Source: Verrucomicrobiia bacterium (GTDB taxonomy: Bacteria; Verrucomicrobiota; Verrucomicrobiia; Limisphaerales; UBA1319). From it: a DNA stretch of 64,000 nt. Made by a program: the position numbers and the translations under genes. The notes beneath the pieces are model-generated. The model did not search any database and was not told the origin of the DNA. It saw nothing but the letters and a program-made list of their open reading frames with translations. The stretch spans positions 2,624,001 through 2,688,000 of the forward strand of contig OY760937.1 in assembly GCA_963664225.1 (NCBI GenBank), read 5' to 3'. Each line of letters starts with the position of its first letter. Positions within the stretch are counted from its first letter, which is position 1. Of the stretch, positions 55,582 to 64,000 are shown piece by piece.

Positions 55582-56397
55582 ATGTCAACATCAAGAACTG
55601 CAATCCTCGCCTTGGGCTTGTTATTGGCCATTGGCCAGAGCGGCTCGCTGCATGCGGCCATCGACATGTTCCTCAAGGTTGGGAACATCAAAGGGGAGTC
55701 CACAGATCCCGCCCACCCGCAGGAAATCAACGTGCTGGCCTGGTCCTGGGGAATGTCCCGTCCCGCTCCTCCCATTCCCGGAGGAGGAACTGCCATCAGC
55801 AAGGTTTCACTGAGCAGCCTGTCACTGACAAAATACGTGGACTCGTCGAGCGCGCCGCTGATGAAATACTGCGCCACTGGAAAAACACTGTCCAACGCGC
55901 AACTGACATTGCGTACGGCGGGCGATCAACCGTTGGAGTTCTGCACCATTACCATGACGAATGTCATGATCGTCGGCATTGCATCCGGCGGTTCGGGCGG
56001 TGAGGATCGCCTGACTGAGAACATCACCCTCGACTTTGAGACGCTCAACGTCATCTACCATCCGGTCGCCAACACCACCCTTGAACCTCGAATCGGTTTC
56101 GATTGGAGCGTCGTAGCGGACACGGGGTTGGCCAGTGTCGTCCCCAATCCCTTGCCCGCTCCGGTTCCCAGCCTGGTCTCAACCCTTTCCCATACCAATG
56201 ACACTCCCTTCGCGCAATTGACCTGGGTGAGCACCGCAGGCGCCATCTACCGGATCTGGGCTGCCGACAGCGTTGAGTCTGGTTATCAGGTTTACGGAGG
56301 AGATATCCCATCCGCAGGAGACGGGACCACTTCCATGACCCTTCCGGCGATCCTGGGACGCAAGTTTTTCAGGATCGAAACGGTCTCTGTTAAATGA
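55582..56397 (+). CDS. hcp: Second signal-peptide Hcp fused to a Pro-rich linker and a C-terminal sorting-like domain
   Basis: MSTSRTAILALGLLLAIGQSGSLHA|AIDMFLKVGNIKGESTD...LAWSWGMS...GGSGGEDRLTENITLDF...PNPLPAPVP...LTWVSTAGAIYRIWAA...RKFFRIE. Confidence 0.9.
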   Translation: MSTSRTAILALGLLLAIGQSGSLHAAIDMFLKVGNIKGESTDPAHPQEINVLAWSWGMSRPAPPIPGGGTAISKVSLSSLSLTKYVDSSSAPLMKYCATGKTLSNAQLTLRTAGDQPLEFCTITMTNVMIVGIASGGSGGEDRLTENITLDFETLNVIYHPVANTTLEPRIGFDWSVVADTGLASVVPNPLPAPVPSLVSTLSHTNDTPFAQLTWVSTAGAIYRIWAADSVESGYQVYGGDIPSAGDGTTSMTLPAILGRKFFRIETVSVK

Positions 56398-56567
56398 GTT
56401 CCCAGTGTGAATGGCCCAATTCCGCCCGCGGTTCCCTGCAGGTGCGGGGGATGTTCTGGTCGGCAGGAAAACTCATATAGCCGACTTGCGGTGACGGCCC
56501 CCACAGTCGCCAAACCCGGGAGGATTATCTTGTTGTCACTTCAATCAGACCTTTTAAATTGACCCAT

Positions 56568-58904
56568 ATGCGTTCGCCACTCTTTCGCCATTCTCGCATC
56601 CCGCATTATGCCGGATGCATTGCCATACCGTTTTTGTTTTTGACTGCCGCCGTTTCCACCTTGCTGGGCGCCCCGGCCGACGCGCAGGACCGGCCTGTGG
56701 ACTATATCCGTCCATTTGTTGGCACCCAGGGTGAGGGAAACACCTACCCCGGCCCTTCGGCCCCTTTTGGGATGGTGCAACTCAGCCCGGATACCGATCG
56801 AGACCTGTGGGAAACGGCTTCCGGTTATGAATACTCGGACACCTCCATCATGGGCTTTACGATGACGCATTTGTCGGGTACGGGCATTCCCGATCTGGGT
56901 GACTTTTTGTTCATTCCGCAGATCGGCGAACCCAAACTGACTTGCGGGACGAAGAAGGATCCGGATGTCGGCTATCGCGCCCGCTATTCGCACGATCAGG
57001 AGTCTGCTTCCGCGGGTTATTACAAGGTCAAACTCCTCAATAACAACGTGACGGTCGAACTGGCCGCGGCGGAGCGGGCGGGCATGATGCGCTTCACCTT
57101 TCCAGAGAGCAATCAGGCCAGCATCATGACGGACCTGCAGCATTTCCTGAGCGGGAATCGCTTTAAACTGATCTGGTCCCACGTTCGCGTCGAAGACCAG
57201 TCCACCGTCACCGGTTTTCATCTGGTCAACGGCTGGGGCAAGGAGCGTTATCTCTATTATGCCGCCCGTTATTCCAGGCCTTTTGACACGTACCGCATCA
57301 TGAGCAATGGCAGCGAAGTCAAATACGACAGCTACAAGACCTACCGCTTTCGCAGCAGGAATGAAGCTGCGGGGACAAATCTCCAATTTCTGGCTGAATA
57401 CAAAACCCGTGCCAATGAGGCCATCACGGTCAAGGTCGCGGTCTCAGCGGTCAGCGCCGCCAACGCGATGAAAAACCTGGACTCCGACATTCCGGAATGG
57501 AACTTCGAGGCCGTGGTTCAAGGCACCCGCGAGAAATGGAATCGCGAGCTGAGCCGGATTGAAATCGAAGGTTCGCCTGCGGACAAGGAAACTTTTTACA
57601 CCAGCATGTATCATCTGTTCCTGGCGCCCAATATTTACCAGGATGTCACAGGCGAGTATCGCGGTCTGGACTCCAATATCCATCAGGCCAGGGGATTCAA
57701 AAACTACGCCGTATTCTCCCTCTGGGATACCTATCGCGCCGCGCATCCGCTCTTCACGCTCATCCAGTCGCAGCGGGATTCAGATATGATCAATTCCCTG
57801 CTGGCTCATTTCGACCAGAGTGTCGATCACCTCCTGCCATTATGGTCGCTCCAGGGCAATGAAACCTGGTGCATGATCGGCTATCACGCAGTGCCGGTGA
57901 TCGTGGACGGCTTTCTCAAAGGCGTGAAGGGTTTCGACAGGGAACGCGCCTACCATGCCATCAAGACCAGCGCCATGAACCCCGACTATGATGGTGTGGC
58001 GGCTTATGCCCAACTCGGCTGGGTTCCCTTCGACAAGGAGAATGAGTCCGTTTCCAAGACGCTGGAATACGCTTATGACGACTATTGCGTCGCCCAAATG
58101 GCCAGGGCCCTGGGCAAAAAGGAGGACTACGCCTATTTCATGAAACGTTCCATGGGATACACGAATCTTTACGATCCCTCGGTGGGTCTCATGCGCGGGA
58201 AAGACTCCCTCGGAAAATGGCGGACTCCCTTTGATCCCCACGGCTACGACGACGCGAGCCGGAACAATGATTTCACGGAAGGCACGAGTTGGCAGTATTC
58301 GTGGTATGTGCCGCAGGATGTTCCCGGAATGATCCAGCTTTTCGGCGGCAAGGATGCATTCATCCAGAAACTGGATAGCCTCTTCACCTATACCAACATC
58401 AACGCCAAAGGACTGGATGACGTTCAGGGACGCATAGGCGAATACTGGCACGGCAACGAACCCAGCCATCATATCATCTATCTTTATAGCTGCGTCGGCC
58501 AGCCCTGGAAAGCCGCCCAGCGCGTGCATGAAGTTCTCAAAACCCAGTATGGCAGCCAGCCCAATTCACTCAGCGGAAACGACGATTGCGGCCAGATGTC
58601 CGCCTGGTATCTCTTCACCGCCATGGGCTTTTATCCTGTTTGCCCGGCCAGCGACCAGTATGTCATTGGCAGTCCTGCATTAAAGAAAGCCGTGATGCAC
58701 CTTTCCAATGGACGGAAATTCACCATGCGGGCGGATGAACTTTCAGAGCAAAATATCTATGTTCAATCCGTGAAGCTGAATGGGAAAACGTGGGACAGCC
58801 CCATGCTGCCATACAACGCGGTGAAAAACGGTGGAACCATTTTGTTCAAGATGGGGCCGCAACCCAACACCTCATGGGGAACAAACGGTTGTTTTGCAAA
58901 ATAA
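56568..58904 (+). CDS. GH92 alpha-mannosidase
   Basis: GNTYPGPSAPFGMVQLSPDT, HLSGTG, FSLWDTYRA, SKTLEYAYDD, FTEG, HGNEPSHH, GNDDCGQMSAWY. Confidence 0.96.
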   Translation: MRSPLFRHSRIPHYAGCIAIPFLFLTAAVSTLLGAPADAQDRPVDYIRPFVGTQGEGNTYPGPSAPFGMVQLSPDTDRDLWETASGYEYSDTSIMGFTMTHLSGTGIPDLGDFLFIPQIGEPKLTCGTKKDPDVGYRARYSHDQESASAGYYKVKLLNNNVTVELAAAERAGMMRFTFPESNQASIMTDLQHFLSGNRFKLIWSHVRVEDQSTVTGFHLVNGWGKERYLYYAARYSRPFDTYRIMSNGSEVKYDSYKTYRFRSRNEAAGTNLQFLAEYKTRANEAITVKVAVSAVSAANAMKNLDSDIPEWNFEAVVQGTREKWNRELSRIEIEGSPADKETFYTSMYHLFLAPNIYQDVTGEYRGLDSNIHQARGFKNYAVFSLWDTYRAAHPLFTLIQSQRDSDMINSLLAHFDQSVDHLLPLWSLQGNETWCMIGYHAVPVIVDGFLKGVKGFDRERAYHAIKTSAMNPDYDGVAAYAQLGWVPFDKENESVSKTLEYAYDDYCVAQMARALGKKEDYAYFMKRSMGYTNLYDPSVGLMRGKDSLGKWRTPFDPHGYDDASRNNDFTEGTSWQYSWYVPQDVPGMIQLFGGKDAFIQKLDSLFTYTNINAKGLDDVQGRIGEYWHGNEPSHHIIYLYSCVGQPWKAAQRVHEVLKTQYGSQPNSLSGNDDCGQMSAWYLFTAMGFYPVCPASDQYVIGSPALKKAVMHLSNGRKFTMRADELSEQNIYVQSVKLNGKTWDSPMLPYNAVKNGGTILFKMGPQPNTSWGTNGCFAK

Positions 58905-58926
58905 CCGCATTGAACCCGATCCATAG

Positions 58927-58959
58927 CCTGGCGACCTGTTCCATCGCAGGTTTGCCAGG
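58927..58959. terminator. Stem-loop after the GH92 gene
   Basis: CCTGGCGACCTG-N8-CAGGTTTGCCAGG; no U-tract. Confidence 0.35.
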
Positions 58960-59161
58960 TGCGTGATTCTTCGGGCTTGCGGGTTTGCATTTGGGATCGC
59001 TTTCCAACATCCGGGGGGTTGACGATGCTTGTGCAGGCCTTCATCACGACCTGCCAAATAATTTTCAAAAAGGTGTAACTCTTTCGCTGCCGGTGGCGTA
59101 AATAACAGAAGCGAATGATTATGATGACATCCTTGAATCGAGCGCGTTTCTTCTGGAGCCT

Positions 59162-61543
59162 ATGCACCGCCTGTTAATTTTGGTCGCAGTTGTTTGCGGC
59201 GCGGCGTGCATTGCCGCTGCACCGCCGCATGTCGTGCATGTGGGATTGGTCGCGCCTGACATCATTGGCATCACAATCTCTGCGGGCCATGTGGAATATG
59301 GACGCCAGACGCCCTACGTGAAACAGGCGGGAGACACCGTGAATTCCAATGACATTCACCGCTTTCTCACTCGCGATGGAAAAGTGGTCGGCAATCTGGT
59401 CGGAACCAATGCGGATATTCTCTGCTCGATGGACGCGGTGGTGGGCGAGAGGTTCAACACCGAATGGGCCGATCAGCCGGTCAACTACACGGTCACTTCC
59501 GGGCAGGACCCCCATTACAGCACTCCCCGGAAGCCCGTTGCGGTGTATCGTAAAAGCAAGGCTTCCGACCTGGCCATGATCGGCATTTACAAATTCGATT
59601 CCCCAACAGAGCACATCGTGTATTTGAAACTGCCGACGCCGTTGATGGCCCGCAAGCAATACGTCATTGCCTTCAAGCAAAGTCCATTGGCAAAGCAGAC
59701 GCTTGCCTTCGATCCGGACGCGTTGCGCAGCGAGGCCGTGCATGTCAACCAGATTGGATTTCGTCCCGATGATCCGGCCAAGGTCGCGTTTCTTTCCTGC
59801 TGGCTGGGGAACGGCGGCGGGCTCAAATATGACGAGGGCCTGCCCTTTACCGTGTTTGACGAGGTAAACGGAAAATCGGTTTTTGAGGGACTGACCGTGT
59901 TGTCCAAAGCCGCCACGGATAAAACCGAGGATGCCTATAAAAAGAACTATAACGGCACGGATGTTTACATGATGGACTTTACGGCCCTCAACAAACCAGG
60001 CCGGTATCGTGTCTCGGTCAAAACCATTGGCTGCTCCTATCCATTCGAGATCGCCGACGATGTCTGGCGAAAGGCGTTCATTGTCTCGGCACGGGGGTTT
60101 TATCATCAGCGGAGCGGCATTGTGCTGGGGGAGCCGTTCACCACTTATAAACGACCGCGATCGTTTCATCCGGAGGATGGCATGAAGGTCTATGCCTCAA
60201 AGACGCCGATCATGGACACCGGCAATGGCCTCAACCAGAAGGACTCCAATTTCGGGAACCTGGTGAAGGGCAAAACGGATGAGATCGTCACCAACGCGTG
60301 GGGCGGCTACATGGACGCGGGGGATTGGGACCGGCGCATCCAGCATCTGAAATCGACCTATCTATTGCTGGAGCTGGCCGAACTATTCCCGGACTACTTT
60401 GCGAAGCTTCCGCTGAACATTCCTGAATCCGGCAATGGCCTGCCGGACATTGTCAATGAAGCCCTCTTCAATCTCGACTTCTTCCGGCGCCTGCAATTGC
60501 CCGATGGGGGCGTGCGCGGCGGCATCGAATCGTCCGAGCATCCACGTCATGGCGAGGCCAGTTTCCAGGAGTCCCTGACCGCGATGGCCTATGCGCCGGA
60601 CATTTTCTCCAGCTACGTCTATTCGGGCGTGGCGGCGCGCGCGGCCCGGTGGCTCGGCGCACGCAATCCTGAGCGCGCGGCCGTGTATCGGGAGAGTGCC
60701 TTGCGCGCCATGCAATGGGCGGAGAACGACCGGGAGCGGGAGGAGCGGGACTATCTGATGGCCAAAGACCCTGCCGTGAAAGAGGTCCGAAACTATGCGG
60801 CGGCAGAATTATTCAACCTGACCGGCGAGTCCAAATGGAACGATCTGTTTGTGTCCACCACCATTTTCAAAGAGACCAGCGCGGATATTCCGTATCATTG
60901 GGACAGCCTGGACCAGGCGGATGCCGCATGGGTTTATGCCCGGACCGATAGACCCGGCATCGACACCGCCGTGCAACTGAACTGCCGCAACGCGGTCATC
61001 AAGGTGGCAGACATCCGACTCGAGAGCATTGCGCACACGGGTTTTCACTGGGCGAAGCATCCCTATGGCCCTGTTGTTTACGGTGCGCTGAGCAGCCCCG
61101 AAGGTTGCGTCAATGTGGTTCGCGCGCATGTGCTCACCGGGGATGCCAAATACCTGCGCGCCATTGTCCTGGCCAGCCAGACGGGCGCCGGCGCGAACCC
61201 CGTGAACATGTGCTACACCACTGGACTGGGCCAGAAAGCCCCGCAGCATCCGCTGCAACTGGATCATCGGATTACCCATCAAGCCCCGCCCCCGGGCATC
61301 ACCGTGGGCGGCCCCATGGACAACAACATGAAAGGAATGACGGACCCGTTCATTGGCCCGTTTGCGGGTGCCACGATTTTTCCGCCGCCGAAAGAGTGGC
61401 CCGCGCTGGAGGCCTTTTGGGATGTCTTTTGGGATCCCATGATTTGCGAATACACCATCCAGAAGCCGATGGCCGGTAACGCCTATGTCTGGGGTTACCT
61501 TGCCGCCCGCGCGAAGTTGCCTGTCACCGCGCCAACCCGCTAA
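59162..61543 (+). CDS. GH9 glycoside hydrolase with N-terminal CelD-like Ig domain
   Basis: VHVNQIGF, DFTALNKPGRY, FYHQRSG, GGYMDAGD, ESGNGLPDI, YTTGLG, CEYTI. Confidence 0.92.
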   Translation: MHRLLILVAVVCGAACIAAAPPHVVHVGLVAPDIIGITISAGHVEYGRQTPYVKQAGDTVNSNDIHRFLTRDGKVVGNLVGTNADILCSMDAVVGERFNTEWADQPVNYTVTSGQDPHYSTPRKPVAVYRKSKASDLAMIGIYKFDSPTEHIVYLKLPTPLMARKQYVIAFKQSPLAKQTLAFDPDALRSEAVHVNQIGFRPDDPAKVAFLSCWLGNGGGLKYDEGLPFTVFDEVNGKSVFEGLTVLSKAATDKTEDAYKKNYNGTDVYMMDFTALNKPGRYRVSVKTIGCSYPFEIADDVWRKAFIVSARGFYHQRSGIVLGEPFTTYKRPRSFHPEDGMKVYASKTPIMDTGNGLNQKDSNFGNLVKGKTDEIVTNAWGGYMDAGDWDRRIQHLKSTYLLLELAELFPDYFAKLPLNIPESGNGLPDIVNEALFNLDFFRRLQLPDGGVRGGIESSEHPRHGEASFQESLTAMAYAPDIFSSYVYSGVAARAARWLGARNPERAAVYRESALRAMQWAENDREREERDYLMAKDPAVKEVRNYAAAELFNLTGESKWNDLFVSTTIFKETSADIPYHWDSLDQADAAWVYARTDRPGIDTAVQLNCRNAVIKVADIRLESIAHTGFHWAKHPYGPVVYGALSSPEGCVNVVRAHVLTGDAKYLRAIVLASQTGAGANPVNMCYTTGLGQKAPQHPLQLDHRITHQAPPPGITVGGPMDNNMKGMTDPFIGPFAGATIFPPPKEWPALEAFWDVFWDPMICEYTIQKPMAGNAYVWGYLAARAKLPVTAPTR

Positions 61544-62838
61544 GGCAGCGTCAATATATAAAGGTATCAACTGAGTTAGTTAGTTGAGGGGTGAATGATG
61601 TAGTTCCAATCCCCATGAAACGAGTTTCGTTTTAGGTTCACCCGCTTGAATTCCTCGTCAGTCACCTTACGACCGGTGGAGTATTTGCGCCGGTCCAGCC
61701 GACAGATCACCTGGAGCCCTTTGGCGGTGGTCGTGCTGGCAATCAGGTTGACGATCGTCTCATAATTCAGGAGCGGCTCGCCGCGCCAATTCGAGGAGAT
61801 GAACGAGAACAACCGGTGTTCCACCTTGTTCTACTTGCTGGTTCCCGGTGGAAAGTGACAGACCGAAATGGAAAGGCCCGTGTCATCGGCAAGCTTTTGC
61901 AGTTCCAATTTCCAGAGCCGCAATCGGGAGCCATTGCTGCCCCCTCCATCGGCCGTGATGACCAGTTCCCGCGCCTGCGCGTACAAGGATCGGCCTTCGT
62001 GGCGCCACCAACCCCGGATGGAGGCGACGGCAAATGCCCCAGTGTCATGATCGGTGCCCACATTCACATACCCCGTGTTGCGCGCCAGGTCGTAAATTCC
62101 ATACGGAAACGTGCGAGGAACCTCGGGAGAAGGAAAATCGTGCCCGTTGACCATGACCGGCTGCTTTGCGGGAAGCCACTGCTGGCCGCTGTTATCGTAG
62201 TTGCCCAGCAGTTCCTTTTTCTTGGTATCCACTGAGATGACCGGCATCCCCGCCGCCAAGGCCCGCTTGACCTGTGCGTTGATATGACGGAATTGCGCGT
62301 CCCGGTCGGGATGGTCCTCCCCTTCCTCCATCTTGCGGTTGCTTTGCAGGCTGTAGTTCTGAGCGCGCAGAAGCTGCGCCACTTTCTCATGACTGACCGG
62401 ATGCTTCTGCCAGGTCAGTTCCATGGCCAGAGTCCGGGTGCTCTTGCATATCCAGCGCAAGGGAGATTCGGGGTCGCCCCGCGTTTCCGGTTCAATCAAA
62501 CATTCCAATGAGGCGAGAAGTTCAGGATCGTTGACGGTGATTTTCCTGCGGCCTGCACCCATGCGGCGAATACGCCCCGGCAGCGAGGTTCCCTCGGTTA
62601 TCTCGTGCATCCCTTTGGCAATCGCTTTTCGTGAGAGCCCACTGGCTCGGCGCACCATCGAGATGCCGCCGTATCCCAAGGATCGAGCTTCGTTGGCAGC
62701 CATGAGCCTTCGACTCCGCTCGTCAAGAAGCGGCCAGACACTGGAAAACTTTTGTCGCAGTTTAATAGCATCACTGTCCATGTGGAAACAGCATACCACT
62801 TCCACAGCCACTTGCTACCTTTATATATTGACGACGCC
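61544..62838 (-). mobile_element. ISAzo13-family insertion sequence, 1295 bp
   Basis: 27-bp terminal IRs with 24/27 identity: GGCAGCGTCAATATATAAAGGTATCAA at 61544-70 and reverse complement GGCGTCGTCAATATATAAAGGTAGCAA at 62812-38. Flanked by a TAA direct repeat (61541-43, 62839-41). Confidence 0.92.
61576..62781 (-). pseudogene. ISAzo13 transposase with an internal nonsense codon
   Basis: GDPESPLRW, HPDRDAQF, ISVDTKKKE, TADGGGSNG; PPGTSK*NKVEHRLFS has TAG at 61831-33 in place of the conserved Trp; the same frame continues to FHGDWNY. Confidence 0.9.
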
Positions 62839-62849
62839 TAAAGGCTGTG

Positions 62850-64000
62850 TTACTTCGCGGCGGGCAGGCGCAGGCCCGGGAGCCAGTGGTCGAGCAGGTT
62901 GCGGCAGTTTAGTATTTTCTCGGCCAGATCGACCGGGACGTAGAAGTAGTGGTTGGACGCCTCGAAGCCGATGCGTGAGTCGCGGGACTGGATGGAATGC
63001 AAACGGCGGGCGAGGGACAGTTCCTCGGTGACCACGTATTCGAGAACATCGATCTGACGGGTGGTGTCCTCGCTGGTTTTTGAGGCCAACAGGGCGCGGC
63101 GCGCAACCACGAACCGGGTCTGGTTGGCGGTGCTGCGGAAATGGATGGCTGCGGCTTCCGCGACACGGAGTTCCGCCTCGAAGGCGCGAAGCTCCGATTT
63201 GGAGAGCGTGTTTGTGACCATCGATGCCGCCTTCCTGAGTTTGACGAGCGCCTGATCGAAACCATCGGCCACTTTCTCCAACTGGCTGATGAATATCTCC
63301 GGCGGATAGACCGAGCGCCAGGCGTCCAGGTCGTCGTAGGGGAAGCCGACCATTGTGGCGTGATAGCCGGTGGGTGCCGCCCAGAGGAGGTTCGCGGGAC
63401 CGTATTGCTGCGGGGCGTTATAGACCACGCCGCCGTCATACGGAAACTCGCTGAACGCGGTGCTGAATTCGCACCAGGCCGCAACGACTGCGGGGGCGAG
63501 GGCTGTTCCGAATCGCCGCTCCGCCACGCGGTTCATCGCGGTGGCTGCGGAACCGCTGGACAGGGCTTCGGCCACCACCTCAAGATTTGGGGACGGGTAG
63601 CCGCCGAGAGTCCAGCCCAGCATCAAGCCAGCGACCTGCGCGCCGCACAAATTGACCGCGTGCCGGGCGACATTCTCCATGGCGGGGATGTAGGGGACGG
63701 CGGATAGTTCCCAGGTGTTCCCGGCCTGAATCTTGGCGATGGTTTTGAGGCCGCGTTTACGGGCCAGTTCCCAGTGGCGCTGCGCGCGCGGTCCGGGGCC
63801 GATGGAGGAAATGGAGTATTCGCCCACGGTGTTTTTGACGCCGCCGCGCTCGATGGGCAGGCTCCATTCGCTCACGCTCATGAGCGAAACTTCCTTTGGC
63901 AACTGGTTGATGATGGCTTCGGCCCATGTGTCGTTCCAGCCCCAGTCCCAGGCGAGCAGGCGTGCGCTGCCGCCCGATTTCTGGATGCCCTCGAAGAAGA
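62850..64000 (-). CDS. C-terminal part of a conserved hypothetical protein (possibly glycoside-hydrolase-like); start lies outside the window
   Basis: Frame open from the window end; WDWGW, GEYSIS, WELSAVPYIP, GWTLGGYPSPN, DSRIGFEASNHYFY. Confidence 0.75.
   Translation of the reverse strand, partial: FFEGIQKSGGSARLLAWDWGWNDTWAEAIINQLPKEVSLMSVSEWSLPIERGGVKNTVGEYSISSIGPGPRAQRHWELARKRGLKTIAKIQAGNTWELSAVPYIPAMENVARHAVNLCGAQVAGLMLGWTLGGYPSPNLEVVAEALSSGSAATAMNRVAERRFGTALAPAVVAAWCEFSTAFSEFPYDGGVVYNAPQQYGPANLLWAAPTGYHATMVGFPYDDLDAWRSVYPPEIFISQLEKVADGFDQALVKLRKAASMVTNTLSKSELRAFEAELRVAEAAAIHFRSTANQTRFVVARRALLASKTSEDTTRQIDVLEYVVTEELSLARRLHSIQSRDSRIGFEASNHYFYVPVDLAEKILNCRNLLDHWLPGLRLPAAK

Noticed and set aside
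54960..56397. Conventional T6SS locus or prophage tail remnant
   Set aside because: No other T6SS or phage genes in the window, both ORFs are intact, and both have signal peptides.
61831..61833. Genome-wide amber recoding (pyrrolysine or alternative code)
   Set aside because: TAG ends normal genes here (paaK, metH, exosortase, sufT-like); a point mutation is simpler.

Overview
GC-rich bacterial chromosomal segment, most likely from a Verrucomicrobiota (Pedosphaerales/Limisphaerales-like) genome; this is inferred from prepilin H-X9-DG proteins, an LTD/CotH giant protein, an exosortase and a recurring C-terminal 'RFYR' domain. Housekeeping content: metH, paaK+ACT, D-Ala-D-Ala carboxypeptidase, YbaK, Mrp+SufT and tRNA-Thr(CGT). 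Also present: a YtrA-type GntR/ABC operon, a TolC-MFP-MacB exporter, many secreted CAZymes (GH2, GH36, GH39+SGNH, GH92, GH9, CE4-like), a 2883-aa surface protein and a nonsense-inactivated ISAzo13-family IS. The most striking feature is a tandem pair of T6SS Hcp tube-protein genes (54960-56397) with no other T6SS gene in the window. Both carry Sec signal peptides, one is fused to the putative C-terminal surface-sorting domain, and the pair sits inside a glycan-degradation locus, suggesting Hcp repurposed as an exported surface tube or filament. Other leads: two sigma-28 promoters in front of an orphan FlgM-like gene and an unknown gene, a SahR-like box upstream of metH, a low-GC small-protein + papain-like peptidase cassette behind a perfect 18-bp palindrome, and Thr-Asn enrichment in exported proteins. 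All family calls come from motif recognition by eye; no searches were run.
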